Assembly (NCBI GenBank): GCA_002010065.2
Contig: MTMD02000015.1
Coordinates: 64,001-128,000, forward strand
Length of the DNA: 64,000 nt
Direction: 5' to 3'
Source: Candidatus Pyrohabitans jungbluthii
GTDB lineage: Archaea; Hydrothermarchaeota; Hydrothermarchaeia; Hydrothermarchaeales; BMS3B
Each line of letters begins with the position of its first letter. The stretch's first letter is position 1. This document shows, piece after piece, positions 56,778 through 64,000 of the stretch. The translations under genes were made by a program, and so were the position numbers. A model generated the notes under the pieces. That model did not search any database and was not told the origin of the DNA. It was given only the letters and a program-made list of their open reading frames with translations.

Positions 56778-57482
56778 ATGCTACGCGTGGAGAAGGTAAA
56801 TGCGGCCTACGGCTCACTTCAGGTGCTATGGGATGTGAGCTTCGAGGTAAGAGAGGGAGAGATAGTTACCATAATCGGCTCCAACGGTGCGGGTAAGACA
56901 ACGATAGCGAATGTGATAACGGGCTTGCTAAAGCCACTCTCCGGCAGGGTTACCTTCGACGGCGAGGACATAACCAACATGCCCGCGAATGAGCGCGTTA
57001 AGCTAGGAATTGCGCTTGTGCCCGAGGGGAGAGAGATATTTCCAAAGATGACGGTGCTGGACAACCTGCTGCTGGGCGCATACACGGTGAGGAACAAGGG
57101 CGAGGTTGAGGAGAGGCTTAAGTGGGTTTACGACATCTTCCCAAAGCTTAAAGAGCGCGAGACCCAGCTGGCTGGGACACTGAGCGGTGGAGAGCAGCAG
57201 ATGGTCGCTATAGCTCGAAGCTTAATGGCAAACCCGAAGCTTCTGATTCTGGACGAACCATCTCTTGGCCTTGCGCCGATAGTTGTGATAAAGGTGTTTG
57301 AGATTATAGAGAGGCTCAATCGAGAGGGGGTTACCATACTGCTTTCTGCGCAGAATGTGTACCGCGCCCTGGAAATATCGTCAAGAGCGTACGTGCTTGA
57401 GACGGGCAGAATAACCTTAGAGGGCAGGGGCAAAGAGCTGCTGGAGAATCCGTACGTTAAAGAGGCTTATTTAGGAGTTTAG
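56778..57482 (+). CDS. livF: Branched-chain amino acid ABC transporter ATPase
   Basis: GSNGAGKTT, VPEGR, LSGGEQQM, DEPSLGLAP. Confidence 0.92.
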   Translation: MLRVEKVNAAYGSLQVLWDVSFEVREGEIVTIIGSNGAGKTTIANVITGLLKPLSGRVTFDGEDITNMPANERVKLGIALVPEGREIFPKMTVLDNLLLGAYTVRNKGEVEERLKWVYDIFPKLKERETQLAGTLSGGEQQMVAIARSLMANPKLLILDEPSLGLAPIVVIKVFEIIERLNREGVTILLSAQNVYRALEISSRAYVLETGRITLEGRGKELLENPYVKEAYLGV

Positions 57483-57485
57483 CGG

Positions 57486-58514
57486 ATGCACGAGGTGTGC
57501 GTTCTCGGCGCTGGGCCAGCTGGCGCAAGCGCCGCGGCTGAGCTTGAGAGGCTGGGCATAGATTATGTGCTTATAGATAAGGCGCAGTTCCCTAGGAGCA
57601 AGCCCTGCGGAGGCGTTTTGCCATGGCGGGTGGTGGAGGAGCTTCGTTTGCCTCAGGAAGTTATGGAGCGCCCCCTCAAGGGCTATCGCATATTCTCACC
57701 CTCGCTGGAAAAGGTAGAGAGCAGGTTTCCCTCGCAGGGCGCGGCGGTGCGCCGCTCGACCTTTGACGCCTTCCTGCTCCGCTCGCTTAAGCAGGAGCCA
57801 AGGCAAGCGAAGGTCACCTCAGTAAAGGAGGGCGACGATTGCGTTGAGCTAATCGCCGGCAAACGGAGGGTTAGGGCGAGGTACCTCATCGCCGCCGACG
57901 GGGCGAACAGTGTGGCGAGGCGCAGCCTAGGTATAGCATATGGGAAACTTGCCCTTGCGTGCCAGTATCACGTTGCCCTTCCAGGTGAAGTAATAGCGGA
58001 GCGCATAGGTGAGTGGTTTGAGGTGTACTACTTCTTCTCTTACGGCTACGGGTGGCTAACCCCGCTTCGCAGCGCTGTTAAGGTCGGGATCGGCGGCCTT
58101 GGAAGCGCCTTCTCCCGCCGTGCGCTCGACGCCTTCATTAAAACCTCACCCATAGCAGAGAAGCTGGCTGGAGGAAAGATTGTCCGCTACGAGGCGCACC
58201 GCATACCAATGCAGGGGCCTTCGCCAACGCTTGCGACAAAGCGCGTGCTCTTCGCGGGCGATGCAGGGGGCTTTGTATTTCCGGGCACAGGAGAGGGGAT
58301 ATACTATGCGATAAGGAGCGGCAAAGCAGCAGCGCAAGCTGTTGCAAAGGCGATGCAGGGCGAGCCCCTTACCGAGGCATACAAGAGGGAGACGCACAAA
58401 GCGGGGTTGCTCTCCCTGCGGGAAGTGAACTTTCTCGAAGACACCTTAGCGTCGCCACATGAAGCGGAGCGCTACGTGCGAAGGCTGAAGAAGCTTGCCA
58501 GAGGTTTCCAATAA
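57486..58514 (+). CDS. Geranylgeranyl reductase-family FAD oxidoreductase
   Basis: GAGPAG, KPCGG, AADG, GYGW, GDAGG…GEGI. Confidence 0.88.
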   Translation: MHEVCVLGAGPAGASAAAELERLGIDYVLIDKAQFPRSKPCGGVLPWRVVEELRLPQEVMERPLKGYRIFSPSLEKVESRFPSQGAAVRRSTFDAFLLRSLKQEPRQAKVTSVKEGDDCVELIAGKRRVRARYLIAADGANSVARRSLGIAYGKLALACQYHVALPGEVIAERIGEWFEVYYFFSYGYGWLTPLRSAVKVGIGGLGSAFSRRALDAFIKTSPIAEKLAGGKIVRYEAHRIPMQGPSPTLATKRVLFAGDAGGFVFPGTGEGIYYAIRSGKAAAQAVAKAMQGEPLTEAYKRETHKAGLLSLREVNFLEDTLASPHEAERYVRRLKKLARGFQ

Positions 58515-58564
58515 GTCTTGCAGTAGTCCTCTTTGTGAATGCGCAGAGAACACAGGTGATATTT

Positions 58565-59779
58565 TTGAAATTTGAAGAATTGAAACTTAAAGAAGAAGTT
58601 GCCAAGGCGATATCTGATTTTGGTTTTTCTGAAACCACTTCGATTCAAGCTAGGGTGATTCCTCCAGCGCTTGAGGGTAGAGATGTAATAGGCGAGGCTC
58701 CCACCGGTTCTGGTAAAACCCTCGCCTTCGCCATACCAATCGCTGAGAAGATTAAGCGTGATGCTGGCGTTCAGGCGCTGGTTGTAACCCCAACGAGGGA
58801 GCTTGCACTTCAGGTTAGCGAGGTCATAGCTAAGACAACGCGCTACCTGCGCATCCGCGTTGCTACAGTGTATGGCGGCGTAGCTATAGAGCCGCAGATT
58901 CGTGAGCTTCGCAGCGCAGGCGTTGTGGTGGGCACACCTGGAAGGCTGCTCGACCACCTGCGCAGAGGCACGCTTAAGCTGGGGAAGGTGAAGATACTTG
59001 TGCTGGACGAAGCAGACCGCATGCTCGACATGGGTTTCATTGAAGACGTGCAGCGCATAATCCGCCACACACCAAGAGAGAGACAGACGCTTCTCTTCTC
59101 AGCGACTATTCCACCGGAAATAAAGCGCCTCGCCTCGCGTTTCATGCGCAGCTACCTCCACATTCGCAATGTAGAGGAGGATAAGCCGGAGATTGAGGAG
59201 TGCTTCATTGAGGTTCGCGAGGGAGAGAAGTTCCAGCTCCTGCAGGCGCTTCTCGAGGCTGAGAAGCCGGAGTCAGCGATAATATTCTGCAACACCAAGA
59301 TCGTTGCCAGCATTGTGGCTGCCAACTTGGCGAAGCATGGAATGAGCGTCGCTGCGATACACGGCGACCTCTCGCAAGCGAAGCGGGAGAGGGTGATGAA
59401 CAGCTTCCGCGCCGAGAAGCTCCGCATTCTCGTCGCCACCGATGTGGCAGCTCGCGGTATCGACATACCAGCAGTGAGCCACATCTTCAACTACGACATT
59501 CCAGACAACGGCGACGATTACACCCACAGGATAGGCAGGACTGCACGTGGAGGAGCGAAGGGCAAGGCGTTCTGCCTGCTCTCGCCGAGTCATCACGACA
59601 ATATGCGTCGCGTACACAGCGCATTTCCCCACATAGAGCGTAGGGAGTTCGACGCAGAGCTTTCCCGCTATCCAGCGCTGGACTATCGCTTGGGCAGGCT
59701 TCTTCCCAGGAAGGGGCGGCGAAGCTTCTCCAGATCTTTCCCCAGAAGGCGCGGTGGCAGGGATAAGAAGCGCAGGTAG
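58565..59779 (+). CDS. DEAD-box RNA helicase
   Basis: PTGSGKT, PTRELA, DEAD, SAT, HRIGRTAR; start placed at TTG 58565. Confidence 0.95.
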   Translation: MKFEELKLKEEVAKAISDFGFSETTSIQARVIPPALEGRDVIGEAPTGSGKTLAFAIPIAEKIKRDAGVQALVVTPTRELALQVSEVIAKTTRYLRIRVATVYGGVAIEPQIRELRSAGVVVGTPGRLLDHLRRGTLKLGKVKILVLDEADRMLDMGFIEDVQRIIRHTPRERQTLLFSATIPPEIKRLASRFMRSYLHIRNVEEDKPEIEECFIEVREGEKFQLLQALLEAEKPESAIIFCNTKIVASIVAANLAKHGMSVAAIHGDLSQAKRERVMNSFRAEKLRILVATDVAARGIDIPAVSHIFNYDIPDNGDDYTHRIGRTARGGAKGKAFCLLSPSHHDNMRRVHSAFPHIERREFDAELSRYPALDYRLGRLLPRKGRRSFSRSFPRRRGGRDKKRR

Positions 59780-60091
59780 CTACTCCTGACTTACTATCTC
59801 AACAATTGCGCTCACTGGTAAGCGTACCTCTTTACCCTTTTCCTCGCCCTTTTCAACTCTGAAAACCGCCACTCTGGGCGATGTCCCGTGAAACTCAATT
59901 TTCCTTGTAATGTAGTCCTTTTCTTCTCCGCCCTGCCTCACCCTAACCCTGAAGGCAACATCGCGGTAGCCAGCGATGTATGCGATGTCATCAAAGCCGA
60001 AGCTTTCGCCAGCGATGGAGCCGTTCTCGCACAGGAGCATTATCGTCGCGATGTGCTTTCCCTGCTTGAGGCAGACATCGAGAATGCCCAT
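59780..60091 (-). CDS. Hypothetical protein
   Basis: ATG 60091 with AGAGGT upstream; the longer ORF-track version overlaps the divergent gene. Confidence 0.55.
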   Translation of the reverse strand: MGILDVCLKQGKHIATIMLLCENGSIAGESFGFDDIAYIAGYRDVAFRVRVRQGGEEKDYITRKIEFHGTSPRVAVFRVEKGEEKGKEVRLPVSAIVEIVSQE

Positions 60092-60208
60092 GGTTAAAAC
60101 CTCTGGGTTTAACAATAATAAAGCAGCTTTTCCACAACACTTGCCCACGGAAAAGTTTATATTATATGATAAATCATGATAATTTACCTCTTGTGAGCAG
60201 GTGGTATC

Positions 60209-61672
60209 ATGTTGCTCAAGGATTTTCTCAGACCGAGTCTTGAGGCTCTCATCGAGGAGAGCAATGTGATTAAGGAGGACAAGCCTCTTAAGAGCTTGGC
60301 CTATGTGGGGATGCCCTGCCAGATTCAGGCTGTGAGGAAGGCGCAATTTTTTGAGGTTAAGTCAAAGCAGGAGTGGCCCCGCAGGATTAAGGTTACCCTC
60401 GGGCTCTTCTGTGCGGAGAGCTTCCCCTACCGCGAGCTGGTGAAGCTCGTGGAGAGCAAAGGCATTAGCATGGATAAGATAAAGAAGTGGGACATAAAGG
60501 GCAAGCTTCTGGGGTACCACGATGAGGGTGTGCTCAAGATACCCCTTAAGGAGGCGAAGAAGTTCGCCCGTGAAAACTGCCACTACTGCCTTGACTACAC
60601 CGCTGAGCTCGCGGACATAAGCGTCGGCGCTGTGGGCTCTCCCAAGGGCTGGAATACGGTAATAGCGAGGACGCCGCGCGGCTTGGCGATAGTCGAAGGT
60701 GCCATACACGAGGGCTACCTCGAGACCAGAGAAGTGGACGAGGGCGATAAAGGTTTAGGGCTGCTGAGGAAGCTCTCAAAGCGCAAGTTTAAGGGCGCGT
60801 GGAAGAACAAGGCGAAGAAAGAGGAGAAGGGCGCCAAGGTAATGCACCTGGATACAACGCATGAGCGCGACCTGGAGAAGCTGCTCTCTCTCACCACTGT
60901 AGAGCATCGCATAGACGAGCTCATACGCGATGTTGTTGAACCTGGGCTGTGCGTCACCTGCGGCGCATGCGAGGCGAGCTGTGCAGAGAAGATTATTAAG
61001 ATAGACGAAGATGGCACGCCCCAGAAGCTGAAAGATTGCGAGTCCACAGACTGCGGGCGATGCTATTCGCTCTGCCCGCGCACAACACTGCCAATAGATT
61101 TAATTGAGGAGCACCTCTTCGGGAGCAGGCGCTACCAGTTTGAGAAGCGCATTCTGGGGCAGTACATCGCCATATTCTCCTGCCGCGCTGCCAGCGAAGG
61201 CATAAGGAAGCGTGGACAGGACGGAGGCGTGGCCACGGCGCTTCTGAAATACATGCTCGACCATGGTATCGTCGACGCTGCCGTGAGCGTTACCCAGGGT
61301 GATAAGCCCTGGTATCCGGTGAACTACGTCTCCACCAGCAGGGAAGACCTTATGAGAAGCGCCGGTACAATATACAGCACAGCCCCCACGATAATCGCCG
61401 CGAAGCGTGCACTCAAGCAGCACGAAGAGTTCTCCAAGTACTACAGTTTCCTTGTATCGAAAGGCTTTTTACCAGAGCTGGCGATCGCTCAGGAAGAGGC
61501 GAGCAAGGCCAAGAAGGGCGAGGTTGTAGTGCAGGTTGACGAGGAAGAGCTTAAGCGCAGGCGTGCAAAGATAGAGGCGGCGCTTGAGCGCATCTCTAAG
61601 CCAGCAGTGAAGATGATGATAGAGCAGGGCAAGCATGAGAAAGCTATAGAGATGCTTGTGAAGGAGAGATGA
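60209..61672 (+). CDS. F420-interacting FrhB/FpoF-family protein with permuted domain order (C-domain, ferredoxin, N-domain)
   Basis: VGMPCQ, GLFC, C.YC.DYTAELADISVG.VGSP.GW come first; then CVTCGAC…C / CGRCYSLCPR; then GQDGGVATALL…AGTIY. Confidence 0.85.
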   Translation: MLLKDFLRPSLEALIEESNVIKEDKPLKSLAYVGMPCQIQAVRKAQFFEVKSKQEWPRRIKVTLGLFCAESFPYRELVKLVESKGISMDKIKKWDIKGKLLGYHDEGVLKIPLKEAKKFARENCHYCLDYTAELADISVGAVGSPKGWNTVIARTPRGLAIVEGAIHEGYLETREVDEGDKGLGLLRKLSKRKFKGAWKNKAKKEEKGAKVMHLDTTHERDLEKLLSLTTVEHRIDELIRDVVEPGLCVTCGACEASCAEKIIKIDEDGTPQKLKDCESTDCGRCYSLCPRTTLPIDLIEEHLFGSRRYQFEKRILGQYIAIFSCRAASEGIRKRGQDGGVATALLKYMLDHGIVDAAVSVTQGDKPWYPVNYVSTSREDLMRSAGTIYSTAPTIIAAKRALKQHEEFSKYYSFLVSKGFLPELAIAQEEASKAKKGEVVVQVDEEELKRRRAKIEAALERISKPAVKMMIEQGKHEKAIEMLVKER

Positions 61673-62493
61673 GCATGACGAACATAGGAGTGCTTAAAAC
61701 TGGTAATATTGCCACTTCTCTCGTTTTAGAGCTTTTACTTGACGAGCGGGCAGACCGCGAGGATATTAGCGTTGAGGTGTTTTCCACAGGTGCAAAGATG
61801 CAGGCAGATGATGCGGAGAAGCTTCTCTCCCGCGTTGATCTCGACGCCTACGATTTAATACTGTACACCACCCCCAATCCCAGCGCGCCAGGACCAAAGA
61901 AGGTGATAGAGGCACTCAAAGGCAAGCGCGCCATTGTAATTGGCGACGCTCCCGGGGTTAAGATGAAGGAGAAGCTGGAGGAGTATGGCTTAGGGTATAT
62001 CTTTATCCTTGCGGACTCCATGATAGGGGCAAGGCGGGAGTTTTTAGACGCTACGGAGATGGCGCTCTTCAATGCGGACATGCTCAAGGTGCTCGCCGCC
62101 ACGGGTGCGCTCCGCTTAGTGCAGGAAGAAGTGGACGCGGCGATAGCAGCTGTCAGGAATGGTGAGGACTATCTGCCCCGCATTGTTGTAAACGCCGCCA
62201 AGGCTGTGGCGAGAGGAAGGTTCTCCAACCCATACGCCAAGGCGAAGGCGAGGGCTGCCTACGAGGCGGCGGCGCTGGTGGGAGAGCTTAATGTTAAGGG
62301 GTGCTTCGTCGTCAAGGAGGCGGAGAAGTACATCCCGATAGTAGCCGGTGCCCACGAGCTGCTGCGAAGCGCAGCCCGGCTGTGCGACGAGGTTAGAGAA
62401 CTGGAAAAAGCCACAGACGCCCTTGTGAGGACACCCCACGCGAGAAGCGGAGAGGTGCTGAGCAAGACAAAGCTGCTAGAGAAGCCAGAGTAG
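61669..62493 (+). CDS. mtd: F420-dependent methylene-H4MPT dehydrogenase
   Basis: K.GNIATS…LLDERADREDI, PNP..PGP, DSMIGARREFLD.TEMALFN, F.NPYAKAKA, RTPH. Confidence 0.96.
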   Translation: MSMTNIGVLKTGNIATSLVLELLLDERADREDISVEVFSTGAKMQADDAEKLLSRVDLDAYDLILYTTPNPSAPGPKKVIEALKGKRAIVIGDAPGVKMKEKLEEYGLGYIFILADSMIGARREFLDATEMALFNADMLKVLAATGALRLVQEEVDAAIAAVRNGEDYLPRIVVNAAKAVARGRFSNPYAKAKARAAYEAAALVGELNVKGCFVVKEAEKYIPIVAGAHELLRSAARLCDEVRELEKATDALVRTPHARSGEVLSKTKLLEKPE

Positions 62494-62546
62494 CCACCAA
62501 AACCTTTTTTATAAAGTTAATTTGAGATTTATAGTAGGGTAAAGAG

Positions 62547-62825
62547 ATGAGTGCAGTAGTTGAAATAAGCAAAAAACTCGGGATTCCGGAAAAAGAACTT
62601 GTTTTGAAGGGTATTATTTCCTTTATCGAGAAGGAAATCAGACTGTCTGAGGGAGAGATAGCTGACCTTAGAGAAAAGTATGACGTTGCAACAAAGGAAG
62701 AACTCTATGAGAAGATTAAATCCAAAGATATAGAGAGCCATCCCGCCTGGGAGGATTACATAACCTGGAAGAATAAGGAGAAATACATCGAAGAGCTTAA
62801 AGGCTATCTTAAAAACCTCAGGTGA
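62547..62825 (+). CDS. Putative antitoxin (partner of the downstream DUF6516/TumE-like gene)
   Basis: KY.V…EL…I….I..HPAWEDYI.W; AT-rich two-gene module. Confidence 0.6.
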   Translation: MSAVVEISKKLGIPEKELVLKGIISFIEKEIRLSEGEIADLREKYDVATKEELYEKIKSKDIESHPAWEDYITWKNKEKYIEELKGYLKNLR

Positions 62826-62829
62826 TTCA

Positions 62830-63216
62830 TTGTCCCTCCTCGAAATTTATCTAAAACTCAAACGCAGGGCTGAAAGAGATTATCCAGATATTGTAAAATC
62901 CACGAAATTGATGGGAGGGAAGAGTAATCTTCCGAACAAGCTCCGTATTTATTTCTTAGATGACAGTTTTCTTGATATCTGGCTCACCCTTGACGGTGAC
63001 TATTCATACCACTGGGAGAGCACCCTGCAGACCGGGTTGATTCATCGCTGGGATAATGCCCCTGACCATCCCGAAATTACCACATTCCCCAAACATTTTC
63101 ACGAAGGTGCAAAAGAGAACGTTAAAGAGAGCCACATCAGTGAAGACCCCGAAAAGGCTTTCTCTGAAATATTGGATTTTATAAGGACGAAATTAAAAGG
63201 TGTGGAGCAGGGCTAA
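62830..63216 (+). CDS. DUF6516/TumE-like putative toxin
   Basis: YSYHW…RWDNAPDHPEI.TFP.HFH. Confidence 0.75.
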   Translation: MSLLEIYLKLKRRAERDYPDIVKSTKLMGGKSNLPNKLRIYFLDDSFLDIWLTLDGDYSYHWESTLQTGLIHRWDNAPDHPEITTFPKHFHEGAKENVKESHISEDPEKAFSEILDFIRTKLKGVEQG

Positions 63217-63630
63217 TTAATCCAGCGCAGTTGTGAACATATACTGCGTCGTCGTGGGGAGCTCTCTGCGGAGTATGCGAATCTCCGGCTTGTATATAAA
63301 AAGCTCCTCACCCTCGCAGCTTTTTTCAAGAATCTTAGCCACAGCGATGCATTCCGCTCTGCCCGCGATTCGAGCAGTGCCCTTTCCAAACCTGTCGCTG
63401 CTCAGCTCTATATAAATCGGCAAACGTAGTGCGCCGTGAAGGTGCTCAGGCACAAGCTTGGCAAGCTTCTCAAGCTCCGCCCGCTTGAAACGGTGAAGCT
63501 CGCCGTCGCGAAGCCTTATCGCCGGCTTTTCCTCGCGAAGAAGTTCGCGCAGGCTGCGCTTCTCTATTGCTAAATGACGGTTGAGCGCTCGTATCTGCTT
63601 GGCGAGGATGCGAAAGGTTCTGTCTTCCAT
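63217..63630 (-). CDS. DUF61/UPF0216 protein
   Basis: LNRHL….SL.ELL.E..P.I..RDG..H.F…LRLPI…RR.LPTTTQY.F. Confidence 0.85.
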   Translation of the reverse strand: MEDRTFRILAKQIRALNRHLAIEKRSLRELLREEKPAIRLRDGELHRFKRAELEKLAKLVPEHLHGALRLPIYIELSSDRFGKGTARIAGRAECIAVAKILEKSCEGEELFIYKPEIRILRRELPTTTQYMFTTALD

Positions 63631-63714
63631 GTCTTTAGCCTCAGGGGTAACAAAGGGCAGGTTTAGTATAAATAGGATGGCTATCTACTGGTTGCTGGGG
63701 GGTTCCTATAAATT

Positions 63715-63999
63715 TCATAGCACCTCGTCAGGGAGCAGCGGCACGGTATCCCAGTAGAGCGCCGCCTCGTCGCCGCTCATGCACCGCCAATGCTTCTCTC
63801 CACCCGCTGCGAGGAAAACGCAGATCTCGCCAGCGCATGCCAGGGCACCGCGCTCGTGCTCTGGATAGAGCAGGACGTAGCGATGCCCCCTGCTCCCTCG
63901 CCAAGAGAGCAGGGCTTCGCTGGCGTTGCCTCCACCTGCGTAGAGGTTTTCCGCTATGCTTGAGTAAGGTATGCCGTACTCGCTGGCGTAGTGGCTCAC
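63715..63999 (-). CDS. CAP/SCP-domain protein, C-terminal part (start beyond window)
   Basis: AENL…W..S.GHR..LL. Confidence 0.7.
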   Translation of the reverse strand: MSHYASEYGIPYSSIAENLYAGGGNASEALLSWRGSRGHRYVLLYPEHERGALACAGEICVFLAAGGEKHWRCMSGDEAALYWDTVPLLPDEVL

Positions 64000-64000
64000 G

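Noticed and set aside
34907-62493. Selenocysteine or other recoding in redox enzymes (cooS, FrhB-like, mtd)
   Set aside because: All of these reading frames are uninterrupted, with no in-frame TGA at Cys positions.
433-63415. Numerous ORF-track entries antisense to or overlapping real genes (e.g. 36029-36937, 3461-4069, 50303-50950, 56055-56675)
   Set aside because: Shadow ORFs rich in Ser/Leu/Pro/Arg with no recognisable motifs, lying opposite well-supported genes.

Overview
A GC-rich, gene-dense archaeal chromosome segment. It carries aIF-1A, RIO1, Hef, rpl21e-rpoF-DUF655-ksgA, aIF-5A, alaS, tRNA-Pro(TGG) and tRNA-Leu(TAA). Markers of H4MPT/methanofuran C1 metabolism (mptD, mfnB, mtd), a Ni-CODH (cooS), cobalamin genes and sulfite-reductase-like proteins are also present. 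This fits an anaerobic, euryarchaeal-type CO/C1 user such as Ca. Hydrothermarchaeota (inference only). The main finding is an apparent RiPP or peptide-derived-cofactor operon at 1122-7702. It begins with a 34-39 aa precursor-like ORF missing from the ORF track (…WKLTIEDFEKAAC-YRD-HGD-YRP-IAPQ). Downstream are an RRE-fused MftC-like radical SAM/SPASM enzyme, a second rSAM/SPASM, two paralogous rSAMs with unusual Cys spacing, a methyltransferase, an M14-type Zn amidohydrolase/peptidase and a TPR protein. A second RRE locus (mfnB, PqqD-like, B12-rSAM, FmdE, methyltransferase; 51293-55283) has an FmdE whose N-terminal extension shares an IED[F/L] leader-like motif with that peptide. Other notable items are a circularly permuted FrhB-type protein coupled to mtd, a lipoprotein with two CX4CH motifs, a CX2C D-cluster CODH, a 5-spacer CRISPR array with no cas genes in the window, a probable CTG start codon, and several small unannotated ORFs and toxin-antitoxin remnants. 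All family assignments come from motif recognition by eye; no database search was run.
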